Virus record (IMG/VR): IMGVR_UViG_3300045988_143605
Coordinates: 1-64,000 of that record
Source of the DNA: a virus
Strand: one strand, 5' to 3'
Length of the DNA: 64,000 nucleotides
The position numbers and the translations under genes are program-made. Shown in pieces: positions 43,234 to 51,149 of the stretch; within the stretch, counting starts at the first letter, position 1, and each line of letters opens with the position of its first letter. Under the pieces are notes generated by a model. That model had not been told where the DNA came from. It worked only from the letters and a program-made list of their open reading frames with translations, and did not search any database.

Positions 43234-43307
43234 AGCGGAGTGGCAGCAGTTGGTAGCTCACTTGGCTCATAACCAAGAGGCCGAAGGTTCGAGTCCTTCC
43301 TCCGCAA
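43234..43307 (+). tRNA. tRNA-Met (anticodon CAT; could also be a lysidine-type Ile2)
   Basis: Anticodon arm CTTGG-CTCATAA-CCAAG, T-arm GAAGG-TTCGAGT-CCTTC, and acceptor stem GCGGAG/CTCCGC with an A1-A72 mismatch. The D-stem is weak (3 bp AGC/GCT). No encoded CCA. Confidence 0.75.
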
Positions 43308-43364
43308 CTCAGTCGGTAAAAAGATTGATTTTTCAGGATTACAACACAAACACTAAATTTACTA

Positions 43365-45047
43365 ATGAAAGGTTTATTTGAAATACTAACCGAAAAGAAG
43401 AGGATGATCAGTCCCGACTTTGTGCATGGTATTCGCAAGTCGCTTGAGTATAATCTGAATACTCATACGGTTTTCAGCAAGCCAGAGAAGAACTGCGGAT
43501 ATGTTACAGCTGAGGATAAGTATGGCAACACCTATTATCCAGAGGAGTATCAGGTTTCAGAGGATGGCAAGCAGGTGAAAGGCAACTGGGTCCTAACTCT
43601 TCCTGCTGATGACGATGACGCACAGAGTTTCCCCTTCGTTTCGGTATTTTCCATTGACGGCCCTATCACACGCAACGGCGGCTATTGTTCGTATGGTTCA
43701 ATAGACCATCGCGACATGATGATGCGAGCAGCCGATCATCCTCTTTGTCGTGGTCATGTTTTCATCATCAACACTCCAGGCGGTTCTGCTTGGGCAAAGA
43801 ACGATTATGCTCTTGCCATTGACTATGCCCACTCAAAGGGTCAGAAGGTTATAGCCCTGGTTGATGGCCTTTGCGCTTCGGCTGGTATGTACCTCGCTTC
43901 GCTTTGTGACGAACGTTATTACATGAATCCGAAAGACCAGATTGGTTGCATCGGTGTGATGGCAGCGTTCTACACTTTGCCCGATGGAGCAAAAGGCAAG
44001 TACTCCGATGATACTTACCACGAGCTTTATGATCCTAAGTCGTTTGACAAGAACAAGGCATATCGCGACATTGCCAATAAGAATGATGACGAGGAGCTTA
44101 TCAAAGAGCTTGCTGAACTTGGCGTTGAGTTCCGTGCCGACGTTAAGAAGGCTTGTCCTAATGCTACTGACGAGCATCTGCATGGCAAGGTGTTCAATGC
44201 CGAGGACGTGAAGGGTATTTTGATGGACGATCAGTCAACATTCATGGGAGTAGTGCAACACGCTTTTGAGCTATATGATGGCAGAGCCGAACTTATCACC
44301 CGCGAGCAGACGGTTGATCCACAGGATGAGCCGAAGAATGAGCCGGAGCCAGAGAAACCGGAAGCAACCAACACAAACACTAATATCAATATGGAGAAAT
44401 ATCCTCTTATTTGCAACGCTTGTGGACTGCAGGCTGGCGAGATTGCCGTTACGGAAGAGGGCGCGTACATGAACGCCTCGCTTCTTGACTCTCTCGAAGC
44501 CCACATGAAGGAAGCCGAGCAGAAGGTGACTGATGCCGAGCAGAAAGCCACCACAGCGGAGAACGCTCTCGCGGAATTGCAGGGCAAGTTTGATGAACTC
44601 TCCGCTCAAGTAAACGCAGCCAACGAAGCAAAGGAAGTCGCGGAGAACGCACTTGCCCAGGCTAACGAGGCTCACAGTAAAGAACTAAGCGACCTAAACG
44701 CGCAGCACACCGAAGCCATTGCCAAAAAGGACGACGAGTTGAAAGCTCTCGTCGAGGCAAAGGACAAGGAGATTGCCCAGCTCACAGCCGACAAGACTGA
44801 TGCCGAGGCAAACTTGCAGACCGCTAAGGACGCACTTGCAACCGCCGAGCAGACCATTGCCGACAAGCAGGCTCAGATTGCCGCCCTCACCAATGAGGCT
44901 GGCGAAGAGCTGAACAGTGGAGAGTCTCCTGAAAACAATGGCGAAGGTGTGAAAACTCCGCAGCTGCGCTCGTTCGATGGTAGCAAGTACAAGACCAATG
45001 TTGAGCGTAAGGCTGCTTTCAAGCGTTTCTTGCAAGGTGAGGAATAA
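43365..45047 (+). CDS. prohead protease (S49/ClpP-fold) fused to coiled-coil scaffold
   Basis: FIINTPGGSAW ... VDGLCASAGMYLASLCD ... IGCIGVMAAF, then an Ala/Glu/Lys coiled-coil C-terminal half. Confidence 0.75.
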   Translation: MKGLFEILTEKKRMISPDFVHGIRKSLEYNLNTHTVFSKPEKNCGYVTAEDKYGNTYYPEEYQVSEDGKQVKGNWVLTLPADDDDAQSFPFVSVFSIDGPITRNGGYCSYGSIDHRDMMMRAADHPLCRGHVFIINTPGGSAWAKNDYALAIDYAHSKGQKVIALVDGLCASAGMYLASLCDERYYMNPKDQIGCIGVMAAFYTLPDGAKGKYSDDTYHELYDPKSFDKNKAYRDIANKNDDEELIKELAELGVEFRADVKKACPNATDEHLHGKVFNAEDVKGILMDDQSTFMGVVQHAFELYDGRAELITREQTVDPQDEPKNEPEPEKPEATNTNTNINMEKYPLICNACGLQAGEIAVTEEGAYMNASLLDSLEAHMKEAEQKVTDAEQKATTAENALAELQGKFDELSAQVNAANEAKEVAENALAQANEAHSKELSDLNAQHTEAIAKKDDELKALVEAKDKEIAQLTADKTDAEANLQTAKDALATAEQTIADKQAQIAALTNEAGEELNSGESPENNGEGVKTPQLRSFDGSKYKTNVERKAAFKRFLQGEE

Positions 45048-45117
45048 CTTTTGTCCGCTGCCCTCAACCAACACAAACAACACAACGATTTAACAACAAC
45101 AAAACACACAAACGATT

Positions 45118-46410
45118 ATGGCAAATTTACCTAAAGATTTTATCGGTCTTGACGCTCTTCAGCATGTAGCCGAAGAGGTGTCAAAGGAGATTGTGATGGG
45201 TCCTGGCTATTCGGATGCCGAAGAGATGGACCGCCTTGGCATCGACATCATCACTGGTGTTCAGTTCAAGCGCACTTTCCACTTGTTCATCCGCAAGGGT
45301 GGCACCACACGTCGTAAGGACGTTCATCGCGAAATCAACAGCGAATCTGGATTCTTGAAAGAGCGTACGCTTACCTCGAAGCTCTCCTGGGATAAGTTTA
45401 GTGGAAATATAGACGACTTCTGTGAGACAGTATTCGGTACAGACGCTCAGGGTCAGTTCCCTCTCTCTTCACAGGCTGTAGAGGCAATCCTCAAGGACTA
45501 TGCCGACAACCTCGCATCTCCCTTGTGGTTCGGCGACATCGCTCTTGACAATGGCGACGACTCAGTTCCTGCTCGCGATCAGCAAATGGCTCTCTACGAC
45601 GGTTTCCACACTTGCGTCAAGCACGACATCGAGGACGGTCTAATCTCAGAGGCTAACGGCAACCTCGTTCCTTGTAAGGCGATATCTGCTCCTGCTGACA
45701 ACAACGACTCTACTCCGTACGACAACTTCATCGAGTGGCACGCCAAGTGGGACGAGCGTCTGCGCAAGGTTCCAACACGTGTTTACATGAACGAGGCCTC
45801 TGCCATGAACATTGCAGCCGGTTATGCTAACAAGTTCCACGGTAACTTCCGTGTAGAGTACAACCTGGGCGACAACTTCAAGTTGCCGGGTCTCTCTAAG
45901 GTTACTATCTGTCCTATTGCCAACTTCGGCGAAGGCGACCGTATGTACGCTACCATTGACAAGAACTTTGTCTACGGTGTTGACACCAAGAGCAACCAGC
46001 AGTATGTAAGTGTCCGCCTTGGCTCCGACCGAGATCACAGAGACTTGTCTTTCCAGATTCAGTCAATCCAGGGAGCAGGTATTCGCAACTTCCTGAAATA
46101 TGCTCTCTGCGTCAGTGACGGCAATCTCGTTGCTCCTGAGTATGTAGCCGGCGACTACGACAACACTATGCTTGTGATTACTCTTGCTGGTTCTGATGGT
46201 CAGAAGCCGGACGGTACAGTGAAGGTGAACGGCACTGCTTACACCAAGCCGATTGAAACCACTCCTAATCAGATTCTCTCTCTTGAAGCAACCGATGGCA
46301 CTACCTATAAGTTTACTGGTTGGAACAACGGCAAGACCGATAAGAAGATTCAGCTCACAGCTTCCGGCATGAACATGGGTCTGATAGCCTTCTTCAAGAA
46401 GAACGGCTAA
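45118..46410 (+). CDS. major capsid protein with C-terminal Listeria-Bacteroides-repeat-like domain
   Basis: Position after the protease-scaffold gene, 430 aa, CA-rich leader. The C-terminus ...VKVNGTAYTKPIETTPNQILSLEATDGTTYKFTGWNNG resembles the Flg_new repeat. Confidence 0.7.
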   Translation: MANLPKDFIGLDALQHVAEEVSKEIVMGPGYSDAEEMDRLGIDIITGVQFKRTFHLFIRKGGTTRRKDVHREINSESGFLKERTLTSKLSWDKFSGNIDDFCETVFGTDAQGQFPLSSQAVEAILKDYADNLASPLWFGDIALDNGDDSVPARDQQMALYDGFHTCVKHDIEDGLISEANGNLVPCKAISAPADNNDSTPYDNFIEWHAKWDERLRKVPTRVYMNEASAMNIAAGYANKFHGNFRVEYNLGDNFKLPGLSKVTICPIANFGEGDRMYATIDKNFVYGVDTKSNQQYVSVRLGSDRDHRDLSFQIQSIQGAGIRNFLKYALCVSDGNLVAPEYVAGDYDNTMLVITLAGSDGQKPDGTVKVNGTAYTKPIETTPNQILSLEATDGTTYKFTGWNNGKTDKKIQLTASGMNMGLIAFFKKNG

Positions 46411-46445
46411 CCCTTAACGGAGTTTCTTTCACTCTATATTTTCAC

Positions 46446-46500
46446 GGGCGACGGTCGCGGCTGACCCGACGGAATATGCTAACCCGTCGCCCTTCTTCTC
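46446..46500 (+). terminator. hairpin after the capsid gene (attenuating terminator candidate)
   Basis: GGGCGACGG (46446-46454) pairs with CCGTCGCCC (46484-46492), followed by TTCTTCT. Confidence 0.45.
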
Positions 46501-46529
46501 CAAACAACAACACAAAAACGTTAAATATT

Positions 46530-47084
46530 ATGGGATCAGTAACATGTCCACAGCTCGTTGATGTGCTCAACGAAGACGAGTGCCTGGAGAACCTCGCAGG
46601 TCTTGGCACCGATATTTACATCGGACTGAAGAGTGAGCTTACAGCTCCTCTTGTTGCAACCGATAACAGTTATTCAACTCCTGCCTTCGCAGCAGGAAAG
46701 GGTTTGTATAAGGTGCAGTGTGCTGACGAGAAGCAGCAGATCAAGGGTTCATCGCTTGGTAAGCGCAAAGGTTTTGAGCTCACCTGTACTTTCGTGGTAG
46801 ACTCCGTAAATCCTGCAGCAGGTAAGTTGGCTCGTGCAATCAACAACAACGACATCTTCATCATCGCTAAGGATGATGATGTTTCGCAGATTATCTACGA
46901 TCCGAGCCGTAAGGTGAAGTTTGACTCAGGTGCAATCACTACCGACACTGGAGCAGCAGCAAGCGACGACCGTATCACCACTTACGAGGCTAAACTTTCT
47001 CCTGTTTATTATCCGAACCTCTACGTCACAGAGCCTACGGACGAGAAGGGCTGGGACTCGCTTCTCGCTTCAAAAAAAGAGTAA
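46530..47084 (+). CDS. structural protein, tail-tube-like (184 aa)
   Basis: Internal ATG of ORF 46476..47084, after a CA-rich leader. Abundant-structural-protein context. The family was not verified. Confidence 0.5.
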   Translation: MGSVTCPQLVDVLNEDECLENLAGLGTDIYIGLKSELTAPLVATDNSYSTPAFAAGKGLYKVQCADEKQQIKGSSLGKRKGFELTCTFVVDSVNPAAGKLARAINNNDIFIIAKDDDVSQIIYDPSRKVKFDSGAITTDTGAAASDDRITTYEAKLSPVYYPNLYVTEPTDEKGWDSLLASKKE

Positions 47085-47118
47085 GCGATATTGACACTCA
47101 GAGCGAAAGCAATATCGC
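47072..47118 (+). promoter_or_regulatory. candidate -1 programmed ribosomal frameshift cassette
   Basis: Slippery A_AAA_AAA (47072-47078) in the zero frame, 6-nt spacer GAGTAA (includes the stop), and a 9-bp hairpin GCGATATTG/CAATATCGC (47085-47093/47110-47118). Confidence 0.4.
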
Positions 47119-47244
47119 CCCCCGCAGCTCGACGATGCCGACTCTTCTTCCTTCAGCGTAAGCGACGGAGAGGAAGACACGACGGCAAAGAAGAGCAAGA
47201 AGTAATCGCTCATAACAAGGAGATGATATTATAATCATAGTGTT

Positions 47245-47296
47245 ATCCCTGCATCTATCCTTTATATACAAAAGGTATGGATGCAGGGATTTTTTA
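47245..47296 (+). terminator. rho-independent terminator
   Basis: ATCCCTGCATC pairs with GATGCAGGGAT (11 bp), followed by TTTTTTATT. Confidence 0.7.
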
Positions 47297-47381
47297 TTCT
47301 ATATATATTAGTATTCTGATAAATTTATACTAAAATTAGCGTTTTTAATTCCAAAACTAAACACAATCAGATAATTGTCAA

Positions 47382-47389
47382 TAATTTTG
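47382..47389 (+). promoter_or_regulatory. -7 box TAatTTTG upstream of the LysR gene
   Basis: TAnnTTTG followed by CA, 95 nt upstream of ATG 47484. Confidence 0.45.
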
Positions 47390-47483
47390 CAATTAGAAAA
47401 GATATTTTGATTACATTGTTGTAAATGTAGAATAACTAAAACTTATAGTTATAAACATATACTAACTAAAACTTATAGGATTT

Positions 47484-48410
47484 ATGGAACTAAGACATTT
47501 ACGCTCCTTTGTTTATGTCGCCGAAACAAAGTCGTTTAGTACGGCTGCCACACGTTGTTGCGTCACCCAGTCGGCGGTAAGCCAGCACATTCACGCCCTG
47601 GAGGACGAGTTAAGATGTAAGTTGCTTATTCGCACATCACACGGCATTATGCTCACAGAAAGCGGCGAAGCCCTGTTGCCCCGTGCCAAAGAAATACTGA
47701 AGCAGACCGAGGACTGCAAAGAGCAAATCAACGCCCTTAACAACTGCATGACCGGCGAATTGCGCATAGGCGTAGGCTCGTTTATTGCTCCGTATGTCCG
47801 CATGGCTGCATTGATATTCATGGAGAGATACCCCAACGTGCGCATCAATGCCGATTTCACCAAAGCATACCTTCTTAATCAATCGCTAAGGGCGCACATG
47901 TTAGACCTTGCTTTCACCATGAATATGGCATACCGTCACGAAGGAATAGAGTCGATACCCTGCATACCCTTTAATGTATATGCTATTATGCGCGACACCC
48001 ATCCACTTGCCTCGCTCCAAAAGGTATCGTATGAAGATATTCTGAAACACCCAATCATTATGCCAGACATAGGCGAACGTGTGATTGATACATTTCAGAA
48101 AAACATTCAGCGTGACCTATATAAGCTCAACATTAAGTGTATCATCAGCGATCCCGACGAGGCTCTTGCTTCTGTGGAAGAAACTAAATATGTAACCTTC
48201 ATGCCAAAACTCTACCTGCGCCACCACCCTACCCTTGTAGCACGTCCCATTGTCGGTCTCGAACATCAGTTGATGAGCAACGCACACTGGATGCAAGATG
48301 TACCCCAAAAGCGTGCCTCGCAACAATTTCTCGACATCATCCGTGACGAGGTAGTGCCATACATTTCCGTAGCAGAAGAGTCGCGAGGGAAATTCATGCC
48401 ACCTCGATAG
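47484..48410 (+). CDS. LysR-family transcriptional regulator
   Basis: N-terminal wHTH MELRHLRSFVYVAETKSFSTAATRCCVTQSAVSQHIHALEDEL. 308 aa with a typical LysR substrate-domain length. Confidence 0.85.
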   Translation: MELRHLRSFVYVAETKSFSTAATRCCVTQSAVSQHIHALEDELRCKLLIRTSHGIMLTESGEALLPRAKEILKQTEDCKEQINALNNCMTGELRIGVGSFIAPYVRMAALIFMERYPNVRINADFTKAYLLNQSLRAHMLDLAFTMNMAYRHEGIESIPCIPFNVYAIMRDTHPLASLQKVSYEDILKHPIIMPDIGERVIDTFQKNIQRDLYKLNIKCIISDPDEALASVEETKYVTFMPKLYLRHHPTLVARPIVGLEHQLMSNAHWMQDVPQKRASQQFLDIIRDEVVPYISVAEESRGKFMPPR

Positions 48411-48436
48411 TCATTAGAATATCTTATATCGCCACA

Positions 48437-48466
48437 AGCCTCACGTTAGCAGCGTGAGGCTTTTTA
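48437..48466 (+). terminator. rho-independent terminator
   Basis: AGCCTCACG pairs with CGTGAGGCT, followed by TTTTT. Confidence 0.7.
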
Positions 48467-48549
48467 ATTCTCGCATTAGCCGAAATTATACGTTATCTCA
48501 CCTAAAGAACACTTAATGAAAAACATTTCACTTCCACCTTTTTCTCCTT

Positions 48550-48557
48550 TATCTTTG
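48550..48557 (+). promoter_or_regulatory. -7 box TAtcTTTG
   Basis: Followed by CA, 41 nt upstream of ATG 48598. Confidence 0.5.
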
Positions 48558-48597
48558 CAGTAAGTTCAATAATGAACGAAACCAAATACAAATAATT

Positions 48598-49107
48598 ATG
48601 CATATTAAAACTAATGATGGCAATTATGATGTTGCCAGCAAGGGACTTGGCAACACCGCCTTGGGTCTCGGCATCGCAGGCTTGGCAACGAGCCTATTGG
48701 GAGGCAGCGCCTCGCTTCTGGGCATGGGTAGAAACAACGGCATGACCGCCAATCCTACCGACCCTGACGCGCGTTTCGTAACTAAGAGTGAGACTAACCT
48801 TATCCAGGAGAACAGCACTCTGAAGACCGAACTCGCCATTCAGAAGAGCGAGAACTACACCGACAAGAAGCTCGTGGAAGTGACACAGTATCTCGACACG
48901 AAGTTGCGCCGTGTGGAAGACAAGGTAGACGCTAACAAGGACGCACAGCAAGCCATCAACGCACAGCAGATGGCATACAATGCTGCAGCTAATGCCAACA
49001 TCGACGTGCTCAAGTCGCAGGTAGCCTCATTGTTGAGCGTAACCAAGCTGTTTATTCCTTCCACCAACGTATGCCAGACAGGTTGTGGTTGCGGATGCAA
49101 TCAGTAA
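48598..49107 (+). CDS. membrane-associated coiled-coil protein with C-terminal Cys cluster
   Basis: Gly-rich hydrophobic segment GLGIAGLATSLLGGSASLLG, a central coiled coil, and a C-terminus CQTGCGCGCNQ. Confidence 0.5.
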   Translation: MHIKTNDGNYDVASKGLGNTALGLGIAGLATSLLGGSASLLGMGRNNGMTANPTDPDARFVTKSETNLIQENSTLKTELAIQKSENYTDKKLVEVTQYLDTKLRRVEDKVDANKDAQQAINAQQMAYNAAANANIDVLKSQVASLLSVTKLFIPSTNVCQTGCGCGCNQ

Positions 49108-49142
49108 GAGAACGTAGTAATCCAGCTTTATATATATAAACG

Positions 49143-49565
49143 ATGGAATACAAGAACTCACAAATTTTGGCGGCAGTCGTGTCCGAGTGGGCACGACCTG
49201 CCATTTCGCAGATAGCCGCAGGCAACCTCATGCGCCTACCCATGCTTCAGTCTCTGCAAGCCACCATCGGATCATTAGGCATTGTCAGTGGCAGCTATGC
49301 CCTGCAGAGGGACATCGAGCCACTTATCCAACCCATTGTCAATTCGCTCATCACACCTATGCTTGCCCGATATTTCGGTCAGATACCCGAAGAGAGCATA
49401 CCGCAGATGGCGCACGATATAGTGGAGAAGATGCGCGAAAACGGATCGCTGTCGGTGCTCGAAGGCATGGTGACATTTGAGGAGGAAGACCTCGCCGAAC
49501 TTGCCGATCTTCTTGACAAGAACCTACCCATAGGGCAGACACAAGGCTATCAGGTGAAACACTAA
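49143..49565 (+). CDS. hypothetical protein (140 aa)
   Basis: ORF in the same orientation as its neighbours. Confidence 0.5.
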   Translation: MEYKNSQILAAVVSEWARPAISQIAAGNLMRLPMLQSLQATIGSLGIVSGSYALQRDIEPLIQPIVNSLITPMLARYFGQIPEESIPQMAHDIVEKMRENGSLSVLEGMVTFEEEDLAELADLLDKNLPIGQTQGYQVKH

Positions 49566-49622
49566 ACAGAGTAACAAATCAGCGGCGGCAAGCATCGTCG
49601 CTATAATAAAACATAAACGATT

Positions 49623-50051
49623 ATGAACAAACGTACCATTCCGGCTATCATCATAGCCACACTTGCGGCAGGTGCAACCGCCGCCGCACCCTATTATGAT
49701 GTCAACATCACACAGCAGCTCTGCACACCGGCTTGTGTAGACGAGACTCCCGTGTTCGCTCCGAAGTTCTCCGTCAAGAGCATTGCCAACGTAGGCACCT
49801 CACAGTATATCATCGTCGTTCACGTAGAGGGCGTGATTAACTACATTCCATGCAACTGCGGCTCGTGCTGCACACGCTCACAAGTGGTGTCGCAAGACTT
49901 CACCATACCTGTGTTCAGCGCCACTGCTATCAATTCGGTAAGCATAGCAGTGGGAACCGTCCAGAACGGCATTGCACGCATATCGTGCTGCAACTGCTCC
50001 AAGACATTTGTTTCCGACTGCCCAGTAACGCTCACCCTTGCAACTACATAA
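49623..50051 (+). CDS. secreted Cys-rich protein (142 aa, 10 Cys)
   Basis: Signal-peptide-like MNKRTIPAIIIATLAAGATAAA. Cys clusters CNCGSCC and CCNC. Confidence 0.55.
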   Translation: MNKRTIPAIIIATLAAGATAAAPYYDVNITQQLCTPACVDETPVFAPKFSVKSIANVGTSQYIIVVHVEGVINYIPCNCGSCCTRSQVVSQDFTIPVFSATAINSVSIAVGTVQNGIARISCCNCSKTFVSDCPVTLTLATT

Positions 50052-50055
50052 AGCC

Positions 50056-50355
50056 ATGATAGTTCTGATAGCTATAGCCACCATGATAGCTGCCACGCTT
50101 GCCCAACATCTCGGACTGGCCGAAGCCATTTCCCGTATTGTTGACAAGGTGGCATCATGCCCTCAGTGTTTCACTTTTTGGGTTACAATGTCGGCATTGC
50201 TCTACCTCGGCCACGATGTCTACACATCGACGCTGGCGGCTATTGTGGTGGCATATCTGTCAAACTGGTTTGTGTTGTTGCTGCTTATCCTTCAACGAAA
50301 ATTTACGAAGCTATATGAAAAAGAAAGACACACCACCGACCGCCTCGACCACTGA
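50056..50355 (+). CDS. small membrane protein (3 hydrophobic segments)
   Basis: Internal ATG of ORF 50038..50355, just after the previous stop. MIVLIAIATMIAATLA..., CFTFWVTMSALLYL, AAIVVAYLSNWFVLLLLIL. Confidence 0.45.
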   Translation: MIVLIAIATMIAATLAQHLGLAEAISRIVDKVASCPQCFTFWVTMSALLYLGHDVYTSTLAAIVVAYLSNWFVLLLLILQRKFTKLYEKERHTTDRLDH

Positions 50356-50487
50356 GGCAAAGGCAGAAAGCAAGCTCGAGGCGCAGACTTTCTTCCCTAT
50401 ATTGCACGTCTCTGTGCAAAAAAGCTTGATTGTCCCACATTTTCGGGGCATTTGCCCTACATGTTAAACATATAAAACTCAAACAAA

Positions 50488-50991
50488 ATGAATTACAAAC
50501 AGATGATTGAACAGGCTCGTGCCAATGGCATGGCCACTGAGAAGAAGATGTGGGCAGCAGTAGAAACTCTCTCTACCGACCTCCTTACGCTTGAGCAGAC
50601 AGACCCCAAACTCTACTGGCACATTTTACGTCGTCAGCACGCCGTTCTCTACGGACGGCACTATTCTGAGAAGATGGCCAACCACGATGTGAACGCTCTT
50701 GTCTATAGCGGAATGTACGATGAAGAGGGTACGCCTACAGACGGAGGTGCACATTGGACTCGTATCAAGGTAGACGAGCTGACCAAGGGCATGAAGTTTC
50801 ACGCTAACGTCAACGCATGGGACAAATATGTCGCCTTCAACTCTATGTATGCCGACCTTTGCGTTTGCATGAACGAAGAGGAGATAATCAAAGCCGCCTA
50901 CGCTTTCTACTTTTGTGATGACGACTGGCAGCCATGCGAAGACGACTGCACTAAGGTGTGGGACTATAATGCCCTACACGCTACGCTCTAA
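50488..50991 (+). CDS. hypothetical protein (167 aa)
   Basis: ORF in the same orientation as its neighbours. Confidence 0.5.
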   Translation: MNYKQMIEQARANGMATEKKMWAAVETLSTDLLTLEQTDPKLYWHILRRQHAVLYGRHYSEKMANHDVNALVYSGMYDEEGTPTDGGAHWTRIKVDELTKGMKFHANVNAWDKYVAFNSMYADLCVCMNEEEIIKAAYAFYFCDDDWQPCEDDCTKVWDYNALHATL

Positions 50992-51091
50992 ATTTTGGAT
51001 TTTACATTTGTTTTTTTTTAAGCCACTTTGCGCCAATTACACAAATCGCAGAGTGGCTTCATTTGTATCTTTGCCTTATACGCTCCCCACC

Positions 51092-51127
51092 ATGTCCGCC
51101 CCACCAAATTAAAAACTCCTACCTTTG
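51092..51127 (+). promoter_or_regulatory. late-class promoter ATGTCCGC-N20-TAccTTTG
   Basis: ATGTCCGC at 51092-51099 and TACCTTTG at 51120-51127, gap 20 nt. ATG at 51150. Confidence 0.55.
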
Positions 51128-51149
51128 CTCATGAAAGAAACCCGAAAAT

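Noticed and set aside
43234-43307. The tRNA might be an initiator or suppressor tRNA.
   Set aside because: The anticodon is CAT, so it is not a suppressor. The anticodon stem lacks the three consecutive G-C pairs of initiators. The 1-72 mismatch alone is insufficient.
43140-43438. Minus-strand ORFs of 69 aa and 76 aa.
   Set aside because: They overlap the tRNA gene, its promoter and the terminator, so they are artefacts of the six-frame track.
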